Under the pieces are notes generated by a model that was not told the DNA's origin, searched no databases, and worked only from the letters and a program-made list of their open reading frames with translations. From NCBI GenBank assembly GCA_007693585.1, contig REDH01000075.1, positions 9,066-73,065 of the forward strand: a DNA stretch of 64,000 nucleotides, in the 5' to 3' direction. Position numbers and translations under genes: made by a program. The DNA comes from Deltaproteobacteria bacterium (lineage in GTDB: Bacteria; Myxococcota_A; Bradymonadia; REDH01). Positions 41,464-52,814 of this stretch are shown one piece after another. Position 1 is the stretch's first letter. Each line of letters starts with the position of its first letter.

Positions 41464-42941
41464 CGCGGTCCCAGTTCGGACAGGACGGACGGGACGTTCC
41501 GAGCCACTTCCTGTGCTCGCACCCGAAGGGAGCCGGTGGCCAGAGCGGCTGCGTGGCCCGCCGCGGCATGGACCCAGCAACCGAGGATCGCTGACTCCAG
41601 TGGGGGGAGATGAGGACGCAGTGCTGCAATGATTCCTGCCAGAACATCGCCGCAGCCGGCGGATGCCATCTTCGAGGAACCCGGTTCGACAAAGTAGACG
41701 GGACCATCCGGCGCCGCGATGACTGCCCCAGCGGTCTTGGCGACGACGACGGCATTCCACATGCGAGCGGCTCGCATGGCTGCTCCCGGGAGATCGCCGA
41801 GAACGTCGGCAAGCTCCACGCCGAGAAGACGCGCCAGCTCGGCAGGATGGGGGGTGAGGATTGCACTCCAGTGCTCCGTGGAACCCACGAGTCCACGTGC
41901 CGCCATCAGGTTGAGCGCATCTGCATCGAGGACAAGCGGACCTCGCACCTCGGTCACGGTGGACTCGAGTTCCGCCGCGGCTTCGTCGCTGGTGCCACGT
42001 CCCGGCCCGATGAGCACCACATCGTGCTGGCGCCCCGAGTGCGCAGCGACACACTCCGGTACGGTGCGGAGCACCAGCGAGAGAACGTCCTCCGAGGCAT
42101 CGACGGAGAGAAGACCGGTGCCCGTCATCACAGCGCCCAGAGCTGCCAGCACCGCAGCACCGGGCATCTTCGGCGAACCTGCCCTGAGCAGAATCGTACC
42201 ACTGCATCCCTTGTGCACGTTTCTCGAACGCTGTGGCACGAGCGTGCCAGCCATGCGTCGGTCGACGATCGTCGCAGCGGCGGCCTCGTCGAGCCAGCAC
42301 CGGGGTAGCCCGATGTCTGCCACCTCGACCGTTCCACAGCGCTCGGCTCCGTCGCCGAGGACATGGCACCACTTCAGTGCACCCATGGCGACTGTGTGGG
42401 TTGCGCTCAGCGTTCCAGGATCGCAGCTCCCGGTGTCGCTGTGAACGCCGCTGGGTACGTCCACCGCGAGCACGGTGCCGTCATGTTCACGACGGACGAT
42501 GTCGAGTAGTTGCACCACCTCGCGGGGAAGTGTACCGCTCAAGCCGATTCCGAACAGCGCATCAACGACGACGGGCCTCTGGTGAAGCTCCGCCCGCAGG
42601 CGATCAGGTGAAGCCGGGGCAATCTCGCAGCCGGCCCGACGGGCGATCTCCAGATTGGCGCTGGCGTCGGGAGGGTAGCTGTTCGGGTCGCCCAGCGTCA
42701 GGATGGTCGCACGATGCCCACGACACCGACGAATGCGTGCAATGCAGGACCCGTCACCACCGTTGTTGCCGGGTCCAGCGAGGATCAGCGACGGTGCTCC
42801 GGGCGCCAGGCGTTCGAGAGCATCCGCACAGACCAGAGAGGCTCGCTCCATAAGCACCATACCCGGGATTCCGAGTGAGTCGATGGCGCGCCGGTCGAGC
42901 GCTGCCATCGCTTTGGAGGTCAGGACTCTCTGGTGGATCAA
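41460..42941 (-). CDS. nnr: Bifunctional NAD(P)H-hydrate epimerase/dehydratase (YjeF)
   Basis: [54 protein letters not shown]. Confidence 0.95.
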   Translation of the reverse strand: MIHQRVLTSKAMAALDRRAIDSLGIPGMVLMERASLVCADALERLAPGAPSLILAGPGNNGGDGSCIARIRRCRGHRATILTLGDPNSYPPDASANLEIARRAGCEIAPASPDRLRAELHQRPVVVDALFGIGLSGTLPREVVQLLDIVRREHDGTVLAVDVPSGVHSDTGSCDPGTLSATHTVAMGALKWCHVLGDGAERCGTVEVADIGLPRCWLDEAAAATIVDRRMAGTLVPQRSRNVHKGCSGTILLRAGSPKMPGAAVLAALGAVMTGTGLLSVDASEDVLSLVLRTVPECVAAHSGRQHDVVLIGPGRGTSDEAAAELESTVTEVRGPLVLDADALNLMAARGLVGSTEHWSAILTPHPAELARLLGVELADVLGDLPGAAMRAARMWNAVVVAKTAGAVIAAPDGPVYFVEPGSSKMASAGCGDVLAGIIAALRPHLPPLESAILGCWVHAAAGHAAALATGSLRVRAQEVARNVPSVLSELGPR

Positions 42942-43699
42942 TGTCGACGATGGGGAACGGGGTTCAGGGCGTCGAGCATCTCTCGGACCGCCTGGTCAAA
43001 GCCGACCATGATGGCCCTGGCCACGATGGCATGACCGATGTTGTACTCCACGATCTGCGGAATCGTGGTGAGCGCGCCCACATTTCGGTAGTCGAGGCCA
43101 TGCCCGGCCGCCACGGTCAGTCCGCAAGCCTGCGCGTGCTCGGCTGCGGCCCGGAGGCGGTGCAATTCCCGCTCCTGGTCATCATCCCGACCCGTCGCGT
43201 GCGCGTAGTCACCCGTGTGGAGCTCGATCATCGGAATGCCGAGTTCAGCGCACGCCTCGATCACCTGCAGATCGGGAGCAACGAATGCACTGCAGGTGAT
43301 GCCCGCCGAGCCAAGAGCCTCGCTGAACCTCTCAAGCGAACTCGATGTTTTTCGCACATCCAGCCCCCCCTCTGTCGTGCGCTCCTCGCGACGCTCGGGT
43401 ACCAGCGTCACCATCGAGGGACGCTGGTCGAGCGCGATGCCCAGCATCTCGTCCGTCATCGCCATCTCGAGGTTGAGGCGCGTCGTCACCACCTCGCGGA
43501 GTACCGAAACATCCCGCTCCTGAATGTGCCGTCTATCCTCCCGCAGATGAACGGTAATCTGGTCCGCCCCCGCCAGCTCCGCCACCATCGCGGCCGCCAC
43601 CGGGTCAGGATAGCGTGTTCCTCTGGCCTGCCGAATGGTGGCGACGTGGTCGACGTTGACCCCCAGTGCGGGCCTTGCGTGTTCGCGAGCAAGCGTCAT
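42938..43699 (-). CDS. pdxJ: Pyridoxine 5'-phosphate synthase
   Basis: [41 protein letters not shown]. Confidence 0.98.
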   Translation of the reverse strand: MTLAREHARPALGVNVDHVATIRQARGTRYPDPVAAAMVAELAGADQITVHLREDRRHIQERDVSVLREVVTTRLNLEMAMTDEMLGIALDQRPSMVTLVPERREERTTEGGLDVRKTSSSLERFSEALGSAGITCSAFVAPDLQVIEACAELGIPMIELHTGDYAHATGRDDDQERELHRLRAAAEHAQACGLTVAAGHGLDYRNVGALTTIPQIVEYNIGHAIVARAIMVGFDQAVREMLDALNPVPHRRH

Positions 43700-43736
43700 G
43701 AACCGGGCTCCGTGTTCTGGCCGTATGGCCGAGCGA

Positions 43737-45092
43737 TCAGCGGTCGAGTTCCTTCACGAGGGTGTCGGCGAGGTCCTCTGCCATCTCTCGGATGCGAGCC
43801 TCGTCCTCGCCCTCCACCATAACGCGAATCTTCGACTCCGTTCCAGAGTATCGCACCAGAAGTCGACCTCGGCCTGCGAGCGACCGCTCGAGGTTCGCCA
43901 TGAGTGCCTGTGAGGCGGGGAGTTCCTCCACCGGCCTCTTTCGCGAAACGGCGCGGTTGACGAGGACCTGCGGTACGCGCTGCATGATCCCGGAGAGCTC
44001 GCTCAGAGGTCGCTGCCGCGAAAGCATCACGTTGAGCACCTGAATCGCTGCGGCAATGCCGTCTCCCGTGGTCGCATGGTCCAGGAACACCAGGTGGCCA
44101 GACTGCTCTCCTCCAAAATTCAGGCCTGTCTCGCGCATGTGCTGCACGACGTAGCGGTCACCCACGTCGGTTCGCACCAGCCCTACCCCTTCGCCGGCGA
44201 GGGCGTGTTCCAATCCCAGATTGCTCATGACCGTCGCCACCACTGTCGGTCCCCGCAGTCTTCGTTCCTGGTGAAGGTGCAGGCCGCACAGGGCGAGAAT
44301 GGCATCCCCATCCACCACCTCGCCGCGCTCGTCGAGAAGGATGAGTCGATCCGCGTCGCCGTCGAGTGCCACACCAAGATCCGCACCATGCTTGCGCACG
44401 GCCTCTGCGCAGCACTCCGGATGCAGACTGCCGCACGACGCATTGATGTTCAGCCCGTTGGGGTGAACCCCCAGCGGAATCACTTCTGCGCCAAGTTCCT
44501 CGAACACGGCCGGAGCCGCTCGATAGCCGGCTCCGTTGGCGCAGTCCACCACAACGCGCAGCCCGTCGAGGTCAAACGTCTCGTGCAGCAGGGCCTTGAG
44601 GTGCGTGATGTACCGGCCGTTCGCGTCCTCGATACGGCGCGCACGGCCAATATCCGCACCCCGCGCCAGATCGGGATGCTCGAGTTCGGACTCCATGCGG
44701 AGCTCGAGCGCGGCCTCCACCTCATCCGGAAGCTTGAATCCATCATGCCCGAACACCTTGAGGCCGTTATCCTCGTAGGGATTGTGGCTCGCGCTGATCA
44801 CGATGCCCGCCTCCGCGCGCATGCTCGTGGTCAGGTAGGCGATACCAGGGGTCGGGATGGGACCAAGCAGGATCACGTCGGCGCCGGTGCTCGTGATGCC
44901 GGCCACGAGCGCAGACTCCAGCATGTAGCCGCTCAGGCGAGTATCCTTGCCGACGAGGATCTTCGGCCGACTTTTGCTCGATGCGCCGAACGTGAACGCC
45001 ACGGCACGCCCGAGACGCAAGGCGTTCTCCACCGTCATCGGGTCACTGTTCGCAAGGCCCCGAATGCCGTCGGTACCAAAGTACTTTCTCAT
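43737..45092 (-). CDS. glmM: Phosphoglucosamine mutase
   Basis: [44 protein letters not shown]. Confidence 0.98.
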   Translation of the reverse strand: MRKYFGTDGIRGLANSDPMTVENALRLGRAVAFTFGASSKSRPKILVGKDTRLSGYMLESALVAGITSTGADVILLGPIPTPGIAYLTTSMRAEAGIVISASHNPYEDNGLKVFGHDGFKLPDEVEAALELRMESELEHPDLARGADIGRARRIEDANGRYITHLKALLHETFDLDGLRVVVDCANGAGYRAAPAVFEELGAEVIPLGVHPNGLNINASCGSLHPECCAEAVRKHGADLGVALDGDADRLILLDERGEVVDGDAILALCGLHLHQERRLRGPTVVATVMSNLGLEHALAGEGVGLVRTDVGDRYVVQHMRETGLNFGGEQSGHLVFLDHATTGDGIAAAIQVLNVMLSRQRPLSELSGIMQRVPQVLVNRAVSRKRPVEELPASQALMANLERSLAGRGRLLVRYSGTESKIRVMVEGEDEARIREMAEDLADTLVKELDR

Positions 45093-45131
45093 CGTGCTGC
45101 TTCCGGTGTGATGGAACCCACGGTCGACCCC

Positions 45132-46100
45132 TCACTCATCGCCTTCCTCCCCCGTCTCGTCATCGCTCTCCGGCGCCTCCTCGTGCTCGGCGACACGAAC
45201 CCGGACATCCCGCGGCTGAAGATCCATGACCTCGATTCCCTCGGGCAGATTGCGGACTGCAGGCGCGACGGTGTACGTGCCCGGACGACTGCTGTCGAAC
45301 TGGTCCAGTGACACGGAGACGAACACCTCCTCGGTCTCCAGGCGCTCCACCAGGCTGCGCGGCCCTCGAACCCGCAGCCTCACGGCGCCTACCTCGACGC
45401 TGGCCGTCGATGGCCAGCTCCCGAGCCGTTCCACGGGAACGGCTTCCAGCACCCGCACGGTCTCCTCCACCGAAATGTCTACCCGAACACGGATGGCCGA
45501 GTCGTCGGTCCGGCTCAGGAAGGGGCGGTGAAGCGCCAGATCGACCTCCCGTTCGACGGTCGACCGTTGCTGGCTCAGCGAAATCGTCTGCGTGAAGACG
45601 GTATCGAGCCCCTCCAGTGACGAGCGCGGCCCGGAGACCTCCACCCGGGCAGGCTGGACGTCGATGTCGCCCAGTTCGTACCCTTCCGGCGGACTCCCGC
45701 GAAGGTTGGCCCGCACCGCCACCATGCGGCGCTCGCGTGTCTCCACGTGAATCCGCACGGTGGCCGGGACGATCGATCGAAGAGTGACTCCAGCCGGCAG
45801 CCGAATCTGAGCATCCCGCAGGGTGTAGTCGTGCTCTCCCTCATGAATTTCCGGCAGCTTGAGAGAAGGTGTCTCGGCCAGACTCCAGCGTCGAAGGACG
45901 TTGCGCCGTCCCTCCAGGGTCAGGCTGATCTCCGGGAGCGGAGACAGCAGCATCTGCTCCTCGTCAAGCGCGGGAAGTTCCAGGGGGACCACCATCGTCT
46001 GGATGTCGCGACGCTCCGCATCCACCAGGAGGAAGAGAATCAGCGTCAGGACAAAACTGAGGATCACGGCAGGCAGATTCCGTCTGCGCTGAGGCGTCAT
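45132..46100 (-). CDS. cdaR: YbbR/CdaR-family diadenylate cyclase regulator
   Basis: N-terminal TM and about three YbbR-like repeats (G.PPEGYE...VQPARVEVSGPRS); between cdaA and glmM; ATGA overlap with cdaA. Confidence 0.88.
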   Translation of the reverse strand: MTPQRRRNLPAVILSFVLTLILFLLVDAERRDIQTMVVPLELPALDEEQMLLSPLPEISLTLEGRRNVLRRWSLAETPSLKLPEIHEGEHDYTLRDAQIRLPAGVTLRSIVPATVRIHVETRERRMVAVRANLRGSPPEGYELGDIDVQPARVEVSGPRSSLEGLDTVFTQTISLSQQRSTVEREVDLALHRPFLSRTDDSAIRVRVDISVEETVRVLEAVPVERLGSWPSTASVEVGAVRLRVRGPRSLVERLETEEVFVSVSLDQFDSSRPGTYTVAPAVRNLPEGIEVMDLQPRDVRVRVAEHEEAPESDDETGEEGDE

Positions 46101-46906
46101 GAGCGAGCCTCCGCGCGCTTATCGCCTCCGCCAGCGCCACGAAGCGCCAGCTCGTGCTGCAGGAGCTCGCGCAACTGGTTGCTGTCCAGCCCGCGACGAA
46201 TCTGGCCGTTCAGGCACACCGACACGGTTCCCGTCTCCTCCGAGACCACGAGGACAACCGCGTCCGAGTCCTCGCTGAGGCCGATGGCCGCACGATGCCG
46301 TGTGCCCAGCGTCTGATCAACTCGAGGGTTGCTGGTCAAGGGCAGAAAGCACCCGGCTGCGGAGACCCGCCCGTTACGAATGATCGTGGCGCCATCATGC
46401 AAGGGATTGGCATTCGCCGGGTTGAAGATCGCGAAGAGCAGTTCGTCCGTGACCTGCGCGTCCACCGCGATTCCCTCCTCGGTGTAGGGGCTGAGGTCGG
46501 CATTGCGCTCCAGGACGATCAGGGCACCGATGGACGCATTGCTCAGCTGTTCCGCGGCCTTCACCAGCTCCTGGATGATGTGCGTCTGCTCCGCAGGCTT
46601 CAGGCCCATGAGGAAGCGCGTGTTCGTGAACTTGAGCAGCCCAAGGCGAATGTCCTTCTGGAACAGGACCACGAGGACGAGAAAGAACGAGGCCATGAAC
46701 TTGTCGAGCAGCCAGTTGAGCGTCTGAAGGCCGAGCACGTTGTCGCCCGAGACGAAGAACACGACGATGATGCCCAGCAGCCCGATCAGCATCTGCATGG
46801 CCCGGGTGCCACGAATCAGCAGCAGGAGCTGGTAGATCACCAGGAACACGATCGCGAAGTCCAGAACCCGCAGCGCGAATTCCTGAATGGAGTCGAAGGT
46901 GCTCAA
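46097..46906 (-). CDS. cdaA: Membrane diadenylate cyclase (c-di-AMP synthase)
   Basis: N-terminal TMs, GTRAMQML.G, IGALIVLER, catalytic LHDGA and GTRHRAAIG, VVSEETG. Confidence 0.96.
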   Translation of the reverse strand: MSTFDSIQEFALRVLDFAIVFLVIYQLLLLIRGTRAMQMLIGLLGIIVVFFVSGDNVLGLQTLNWLLDKFMASFFLVLVVLFQKDIRLGLLKFTNTRFLMGLKPAEQTHIIQELVKAAEQLSNASIGALIVLERNADLSPYTEEGIAVDAQVTDELLFAIFNPANANPLHDGATIIRNGRVSAAGCFLPLTSNPRVDQTLGTRHRAAIGLSEDSDAVVLVVSEETGTVSVCLNGQIRRGLDSNQLRELLQHELALRGAGGGDKRAEARS

Positions 46907-47083
46907 GGCGTTCGCTGCCTGATCCGGCCGCTTGTGCGGCGAAGGGAGGGGACGTGGGGTGCCGCCTCACGCGCCGCGGAACCGTCTGTTTCGGCCGCGA
47001 AGTCCACCACGACCTCCGGCTTGCGGACAACGCGCGTCGAGGATGCGATACCCTATCCGATCGAACACAGGAATCAAGGGCGT

Positions 47084-47989
47084 TCAGGTCGACGGCACCC
47101 GCTCCCCCTCTCCGGATCCACTGTCAGGCGCGGCGTGTTGCCGAAGCGCATCCACCACTGCCAGGGCAGCCCGGACCGAGCGTACATCATGTACACGAAA
47201 GATGGACGCTCCAGCCATCCGTGCGAACGCACACGCCGTGGCTGTAGCCACATCCAGGGCGTCCTCCGTCACATCTGCTCCCGCCGTGGAAAGGGCGTCC
47301 CGGAGCATTCGCTTGCGACTGACACCCACCAGCAGCGGCCGCCCTGGTCTGCGCAACTCCCGAAACGCCGACAGCAGACGCCAGTTGTCGGCGGTCTGCT
47401 TCCCGAACCCGAACCCGGGATCGAGCACGATCTGCAACTCCTCGACGCCGGCCTCGCGTGCGATGCGCATCGACCCCTCGAGAGAGGCTCTCACGCTCGC
47501 AGTCACGTCCGCGTACGTGGCGTGGTTCATCATCTCCCGGGGGCGTGCGGGTGTGTGCATGAGGACGCAGCCCGCCCGGTGCTCCCCAACCACCCCAGCC
47601 AGATCGGGCTCGAACCGAAACCCCGAGATGTCATTGATGATGTCCGCGCCCTCGTCGAGGGCTGCGGCCGCCACCGAAACCCGAGTGGTGTCCACGGAAA
47701 TCGGTACGGCGGAGCGTGCCCGAAGCGCTCGAACGACCGGTACGATGCGCTTCAGTTCCTCGTGTTCCTCCACCCGGACGGCGCCCGGTCGAGTGCTCTC
47801 ACCCCCAACATCGATGATCGAGGCGCCCGCTTCCTCCAGACGCAGCGCCTGACTCACCGCAGCGTCCAACGAAAGGTACCGGCCACCATCCGAGAACGAG
47901 TCCGGTGTCACGTTCACCACACCCATCAAGGCCGGCGTGTGCTCGACATCCAGCACCCCACGACGATGCGCCCAGACCGCCCGACTCAC
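47084..47989 (-). CDS. folP: Dihydropteroate synthase
   Basis: [43 protein letters not shown]. Confidence 0.97.
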   Translation of the reverse strand: MSRAVWAHRRGVLDVEHTPALMGVVNVTPDSFSDGGRYLSLDAAVSQALRLEEAGASIIDVGGESTRPGAVRVEEHEELKRIVPVVRALRARSAVPISVDTTRVSVAAAALDEGADIINDISGFRFEPDLAGVVGEHRAGCVLMHTPARPREMMNHATYADVTASVRASLEGSMRIAREAGVEELQIVLDPGFGFGKQTADNWRLLSAFRELRRPGRPLLVGVSRKRMLRDALSTAGADVTEDALDVATATACAFARMAGASIFRVHDVRSVRAALAVVDALRQHAAPDSGSGEGERVPST

Positions 47990-49974
47990 GTGCCGGCACT
48001 GCTCGCCGGACTGGAACCGGCAAGGGCCGTCACCCGTCCGGACGCTTCGTCTTCCTCGTCTTCATCCGCATAGGACGTGCCCGGTCTCGGCTGTTCAGCA
48101 GCCTTCTCGGCGCGCTGAAGGCGCCTGCGCACGCGCGCCTCCTCGCCCCGGCCCTCGACGAAGAGACGGATCTCCTCCGCGTCGACCACCTCGAACTCCA
48201 GCAGCGCCGACGCCACCTCCTCGAGAAGCGTCATGTTGTCCCGCAACAACTGGCGCGCCCGATCGTAGCTCGACTGCACGATGTTGCGGACCTCCTCGTC
48301 TATCTCGATCGCGGTTCGCTCCGAGAAGCCGCGCGACGTCCGGTTGTAGTCCCGACCGAGGAACACCTCCTCCTTTCCATCCCCATAGTGGATCGGACCG
48401 AGTCGTTCGCTCATTCCCCAGTCGCACACCATGTTGCGCGCCATGTCCGTCGCCTGCTGGATGTCCGAACTGGCCCCCGTGGTGATCTGGCCGAACACCA
48501 GCTCCTCCGCGATTCGACCCCCCATCGCGATCGCAATGCGGTTCAGCGCCCACTCTCGCGTGACGTTCAGGCGGTCTTCGGAGGGCAGCTGCTGCATCAC
48601 CCCGAGGGCACGACCCCGCGGGATGATCGTGACCTTGTGCACCGGGTCGACATCACGCCCCTCCGGCAGCAGCGCGGCCACCAGCGCGTGCCCCGCTTCA
48701 TGAAAGGCCGTCACCCTCCTGTCCCGCTCGGAGATGACCGCAGTCCTCCGCTCCGCACCCATCAACACCTTGTCGCGCGCAGTCTCGAAGTCCTCCGGCT
48801 CAAGCCGATCCTTGCCGAGCCTCGCCGCGATCAACGCAGCCTCGTTCACCAGATTCTCCAGGTCCGCTCCACTGAATCCCGGCGTTCCCCGTGCGATCTG
48901 ATCAAGGTCGACGGCCGGATCCAGCGGCGTCCTGCGCGTATGCACCTCGAGGATGCCCTTGCGCCCGGCAATGTCGGGCCGTGGCACCACAACGCGTCGG
49001 TCGAAGCGCCCGGGGCGCAGCAACGCCGGATCAAGCACGTCCGGGCGGTTCGTGGCAGCGATGAGGATGACACCCTCGTTGCTCTCGAAACCATCCATCT
49101 CCACCAGCAACTGATTCAACGTCTGCTCACGCTCGTCATGGCCCCCGCCCATCCCCGCCCCACGGTGACGTCCCACGGCGTCAATCTCGTCGATGAAGAT
49201 GATGCACGGCGCATGCTTCTTGCCCTGCTCGAACAGGTCGCGAACTCGGCTTGCACCCACCCCGACGAACATCTCCACGAAGTCAGAGCCACTGATGGAG
49301 AAGAAGGGAACACCAGCCTCACCGGCCACGCCGCGAGCCAGCAGCGTCTTTCCCGTCCCCGGAGGACCCATCAGAAGAACTCCCTTCGGAATCCGTCCTC
49401 CCAACCGGGTGAAGCGCTTCGGATCCCGAAGGAACTCGATGATCTCCTGAAGCTCCTCCTTCGCCTCCTCCACCCCCGAGATGTCCGCGAACGTCACCTT
49501 GTTCTGGTTCTCGTTGAGTAGCTTGGCCCGAGACTTGCCAAAACTCATGGCCTTCCCGCCTCCCCCCTGCAGCTGGCGCATGAAGAAGAAGAAAATGAAC
49601 AGGATGAGCAGCAACGGAAGAGCAATGGTCAGGATGGGCGTCCACAGGCTCGGCTCCTCCCGGCGGAAGGTGAACTCCACCCCCTGCGCCACCAGCACGT
49701 CCTGAAGGTCGTCCGACACGCGTCCCACCGTCTCGAACGCGGCGATCCCTTCCTCCGACCACTCCGCGATCGCGTCCTCCCGCAGCTCGCCGGTGATGCG
49801 ACCATCCCCGTGGATCGTCATCTGCTCGACGGCGCCAGCCTCGATCGCCGCCCGGAGATTCGAAAACGCGATCTCCTCCGTCGGACCGTCATCGGCCGTG
49901 ATGATCTGAACGATGATCACCACGACCGCGATCAGGAGAAGCCACAGCAGGATCGACTTGTGGGACTGCTTCAA
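47986..49974 (-). CDS. ftsH: ATP-dependent zinc metalloprotease FtsH
   Basis: Two TMs, [29 protein letters not shown]. Confidence 0.99.
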   Translation of the reverse strand: MKQSHKSILLWLLLIAVVVIIVQIITADDGPTEEIAFSNLRAAIEAGAVEQMTIHGDGRITGELREDAIAEWSEEGIAAFETVGRVSDDLQDVLVAQGVEFTFRREEPSLWTPILTIALPLLLILFIFFFFMRQLQGGGGKAMSFGKSRAKLLNENQNKVTFADISGVEEAKEELQEIIEFLRDPKRFTRLGGRIPKGVLLMGPPGTGKTLLARGVAGEAGVPFFSISGSDFVEMFVGVGASRVRDLFEQGKKHAPCIIFIDEIDAVGRHRGAGMGGGHDEREQTLNQLLVEMDGFESNEGVILIAATNRPDVLDPALLRPGRFDRRVVVPRPDIAGRKGILEVHTRRTPLDPAVDLDQIARGTPGFSGADLENLVNEAALIAARLGKDRLEPEDFETARDKVLMGAERRTAVISERDRRVTAFHEAGHALVAALLPEGRDVDPVHKVTIIPRGRALGVMQQLPSEDRLNVTREWALNRIAIAMGGRIAEELVFGQITTGASSDIQQATDMARNMVCDWGMSERLGPIHYGDGKEEVFLGRDYNRTSRGFSERTAIEIDEEVRNIVQSSYDRARQLLRDNMTLLEEVASALLEFEVVDAEEIRLFVEGRGEEARVRRRLQRAEKAAEQPRPGTSYADEDEEDEASGRVTALAGSSPASSAGT

Positions 49975-51443
49975 CGGAACCCTCGCACCGGGGGGTGGGG
50001 GGATGCGGATCCCCCGCCGGAATCTGATGAACTAAGCGGAACAGAGCCTCCACGCAAGGGACCCGCCCCAACGAATCCTGGCCCCGTTCCGTACGACCAG
50101 CAAAGCATCCCCCGCAAATCTCCAGCCCCTTCGGTCGGCGTGGACCGGACTCCGGAGGACCATCGTCCGCCAACGACGCCGAGCAGGTCGTCACCATCCT
50201 GCAGAACGGGGGCGCATCTGCGCTCGCGATCCGGCCACCCGTCCCGAGCAAGGCGCGCCAGCAGATCCATCTCGGAGCCCTCGCGCCACGGGATCCTGTC
50301 GCCCGCCGCGGGACAACGCAGAAGAAGCGGCCCGGAAACGCGCTCCGGCAAGGGCACCGCGCCCGACCACCCGCGAGCACGCTCGGGCATGGCCGGCGCG
50401 CGTTCGCGCGCCCAGCACACCCTGAGCAATCCCCAGGGCACCCACTCTCCCGGCCGCAGGACCCGCTCCTCCTCTCCCTCCAGCAACGCGCGTCGCGGAC
50501 TCAGACGAAGGCTGCGAACACCGAGAACCGCATCAACACCGCTTCCGCGAAGCGTTCCCTCCCGACCCTCCGCAAGCATCGTGCACAGCGAGGACACAAG
50601 ACGTCGACTCGGTCGCACGCCCATCTGGCGACACGCCTCCGCCAGCACTGCACGGACCGTCGGCCCCGGCTCGGCCGCAAGGCCCGCACGATCGATCCGC
50701 AACGTCCCCGTCGGATAGGGCCGCGACAACCGCTCCAGCACGTCCCGCAAGAGAGCGCCCAGCAACTGCCCATCCTCCTCCAGCTGCTGCAGCGAACGCG
50801 CCAACGGCACCAGACCGTGCGGCCCGTCCACCGCTCGCTGCACCAGCGGTCCGACCACATCCGAACGCAGCGTCACCCGAAGGCGACCACGATCCTCGTT
50901 CATCGGATCATCCAGCCAGGGCAGCGACCGAGCCAACGCTTCACGCCGCACGCCGGAGCGGCTCCACGCAAGCATCGGCCGATGCCACATCACCCCCTCG
51001 ATCTCCACACTCCGCCGAGGCCCCGCGAGCCCGGCCGCGCTCGTCCCCTGAATCAGCCGAAGCAGGAGCGTCTCCAGCCGATCATCGAGCGTGTGCGCCG
51101 TCACCCCGTGAGCCGCTCCCAGCGAACGAACGGCTCGGGCCAGCAGCCCATACCGTTCCTGTCGCGCGGCGCCCTCGATGCCCTCGTCCCCTCTCCGGAT
51201 GACCAGAGGATCGGCGTGCAGTACCTCCAGTGGCACGCCCAGCGCGCGCGCCAGCCGTCGCGCCATGGCCTCGAGCTGCGCAGCAGCAGGTTGAAGATGG
51301 TGGTTCACATGAACGAGATGAGCGTCGCCCCGGACCGCCACGGCCGCCGCAGCCAGCAGTGCCGAATCCGCTCCCCCACTGACGCCCAGCACCAACGGGC
51401 CGGGCAGGGACGCGAGCTCCCCGCACAGGACGTCCCACGTCAT
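49971..51443 (-). CDS. tilS: tRNA(Ile)-lysidine synthetase
   Basis: PP-loop [35 protein letters not shown]; coupled to ftsH. Confidence 0.93.
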   Translation of the reverse strand: MTWDVLCGELASLPGPLVLGVSGGADSALLAAAAVAVRGDAHLVHVNHHLQPAAAQLEAMARRLARALGVPLEVLHADPLVIRRGDEGIEGAARQERYGLLARAVRSLGAAHGVTAHTLDDRLETLLLRLIQGTSAAGLAGPRRSVEIEGVMWHRPMLAWSRSGVRREALARSLPWLDDPMNEDRGRLRVTLRSDVVGPLVQRAVDGPHGLVPLARSLQQLEEDGQLLGALLRDVLERLSRPYPTGTLRIDRAGLAAEPGPTVRAVLAEACRQMGVRPSRRLVSSLCTMLAEGREGTLRGSGVDAVLGVRSLRLSPRRALLEGEEERVLRPGEWVPWGLLRVCWARERAPAMPERARGWSGAVPLPERVSGPLLLRCPAAGDRIPWREGSEMDLLARLARDGWPDRERRCAPVLQDGDDLLGVVGGRWSSGVRSTPTEGAGDLRGMLCWSYGTGPGFVGAGPLRGGSVPLSSSDSGGGSASPHPPVRGFR

Positions 51444-52435
51444 CGGCTCCGGGGGCGCAGCGCATCCTCCCCCGTCGTTGGCTCCACCTGCTCCTCAATG
51501 ACCCGGGGCCGGAGCTGGCCGCTCCCCTCGGGGTCGATGCGATCCCGGTTCTCGTACCAGTCTCGAATCAGCGTCATCGGCACCGCCAGCACCTCGCCTC
51601 GCCGTGTGGCCGCCGGAAAGCTGGACAAGGCCACCAGCTCCCCGTGAACGTTCACGATGGGATAGCCATTGCGAAAGCGGAACGGACTGTGGATCAGCAG
51701 CGTCTGCTCTCGGCCGATCCGCGCCGGCTGGGCGTCCAGGGTGCCGGGGTGCAGCAGGGGAGTACCAGAGCCCTGAAGCGTCGTCGCAGGAGTGGTCGAG
51801 GCGGCCGATGCCCCCCCAGTCCGGTTGTCATCCGCCTCCGGGACGGGGTGTGGCCCCCGAACGTAGACGTCCGGAGGGCTCGGCCACTCCTCGGCCAGAG
51901 GCAGGGCACGGCCCCTGGCCACCCCGTCCGGAATCGAGCTGACGTCGAGGGCAGTGACGCCATGCACCGCACTCGCCCAGCGCGTCTCGACGACGTGGCC
52001 GACATCCCCCACATACACCGTGATCCGATCCGCCCGGTCCAGAGGGCCGAGGGGAAAGAGAAGCAGCGGGTCGCTATCGTCGCTGGCCTGCACGAGCGTG
52101 GCCACACCCTCCGCATGGACGTACCGCGGGTGGAAGCCCGCTCCCAGGTCCTCCCGGATTCGCACCGGAAACATGGCCCGCTGCAGCGCCTCGTCCACTC
52201 GCTGGAGATCCGCGGCCCGGACCGGACCGGGAAGGCGATCCGAACGCGTTCTCTCTCGCTCCCCGGCGCCATCCTCCGCATGCACTACGACGGACCACGC
52301 CAGCGACGCGAAACCGGCCACGGCGCAGGCCAGCACGAGGGTCCTTCCCACCCACGGACACCGACCCCGGGAAGGGATCGCGGAAGACTGGACTCCATTC
52401 CACATCACGTCTGGCTCGTCTCGCCATGGGAACAA
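51440..52435 (-). CDS. Exported hypothetical protein, possibly a degenerate trypsin-like fold
   Basis: Hydrophobic N-terminal segment; NGYPIVNVHGELVAL resembles the trypsin-2 SGGPLVN..GEVVG motif; ATGA overlap with tilS; start uncertain. Confidence 0.55.
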   Translation of the reverse strand: MFPWRDEPDVMWNGVQSSAIPSRGRCPWVGRTLVLACAVAGFASLAWSVVVHAEDGAGERERTRSDRLPGPVRAADLQRVDEALQRAMFPVRIREDLGAGFHPRYVHAEGVATLVQASDDSDPLLLFPLGPLDRADRITVYVGDVGHVVETRWASAVHGVTALDVSSIPDGVARGRALPLAEEWPSPPDVYVRGPHPVPEADDNRTGGASAASTTPATTLQGSGTPLLHPGTLDAQPARIGREQTLLIHSPFRFRNGYPIVNVHGELVALSSFPAATRRGEVLAVPMTLIRDWYENRDRIDPEGSGQLRPRVIEEQVEPTTGEDALRPRSR

Positions 52436-52677
52436 GGGGCGACGAAGGGCGCGTCGACGACCACGGCCCTGCCATGGCCCGCTCCCCGACCGCCGCCAGC
52501 GACGCTAACGCTCCCGCGGACCTTCCGCAAATCCCTGTCGCCGACCCGCGCCCCGTCGAGCCGCCGGCAACAACCGCCTCGAGCGGACCCACGAGAGGAT
52601 CTGCACCCCGCGGGAACTTTGTCCGCGCGACGGTGTCCACCCTGCCTGAGCCCTCATGGCGGTCTCGGGGAAAGACC

Positions 52678-52706
52678 TTGACCGTTCTGTGGCGCCCCCG
52701 TAGTCT
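52678..52706 (+). promoter_or_regulatory. Sigma70-type promoter candidate for the second gltG-like gene
   Basis: TTGACC (52678-83), N17, TAGTCT (52701-06), about 110 nt upstream of the start. Confidence 0.5.
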
Positions 52707-52814
52707 CTCCGCGCCCCGGGTGCGGCATCCTCAAGGAACCACGGACACCTGGCCGCGGTCCAATCGCCGCAACCCCCCCGGCATCCAGAGTCAGTTCATC
52801 AACGGTGAGCCATC

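Noticed and set aside
41464-42372. 5' extension of the 840-aa ORF, and similar extensions at 12775-13365, 54722-55036 and 9516-9833
   Set aside because: These are Arg/Pro-rich junk translations overlapping real genes or intergenic DNA. Better downstream starts exist, some overlapping the upstream stop codon.
37730-47083. dif site or replication terminus marker near the apparent skew switch
   Set aside because: No XerC/XerD-like 28-bp site was recognisable in the intergenic gaps I read.
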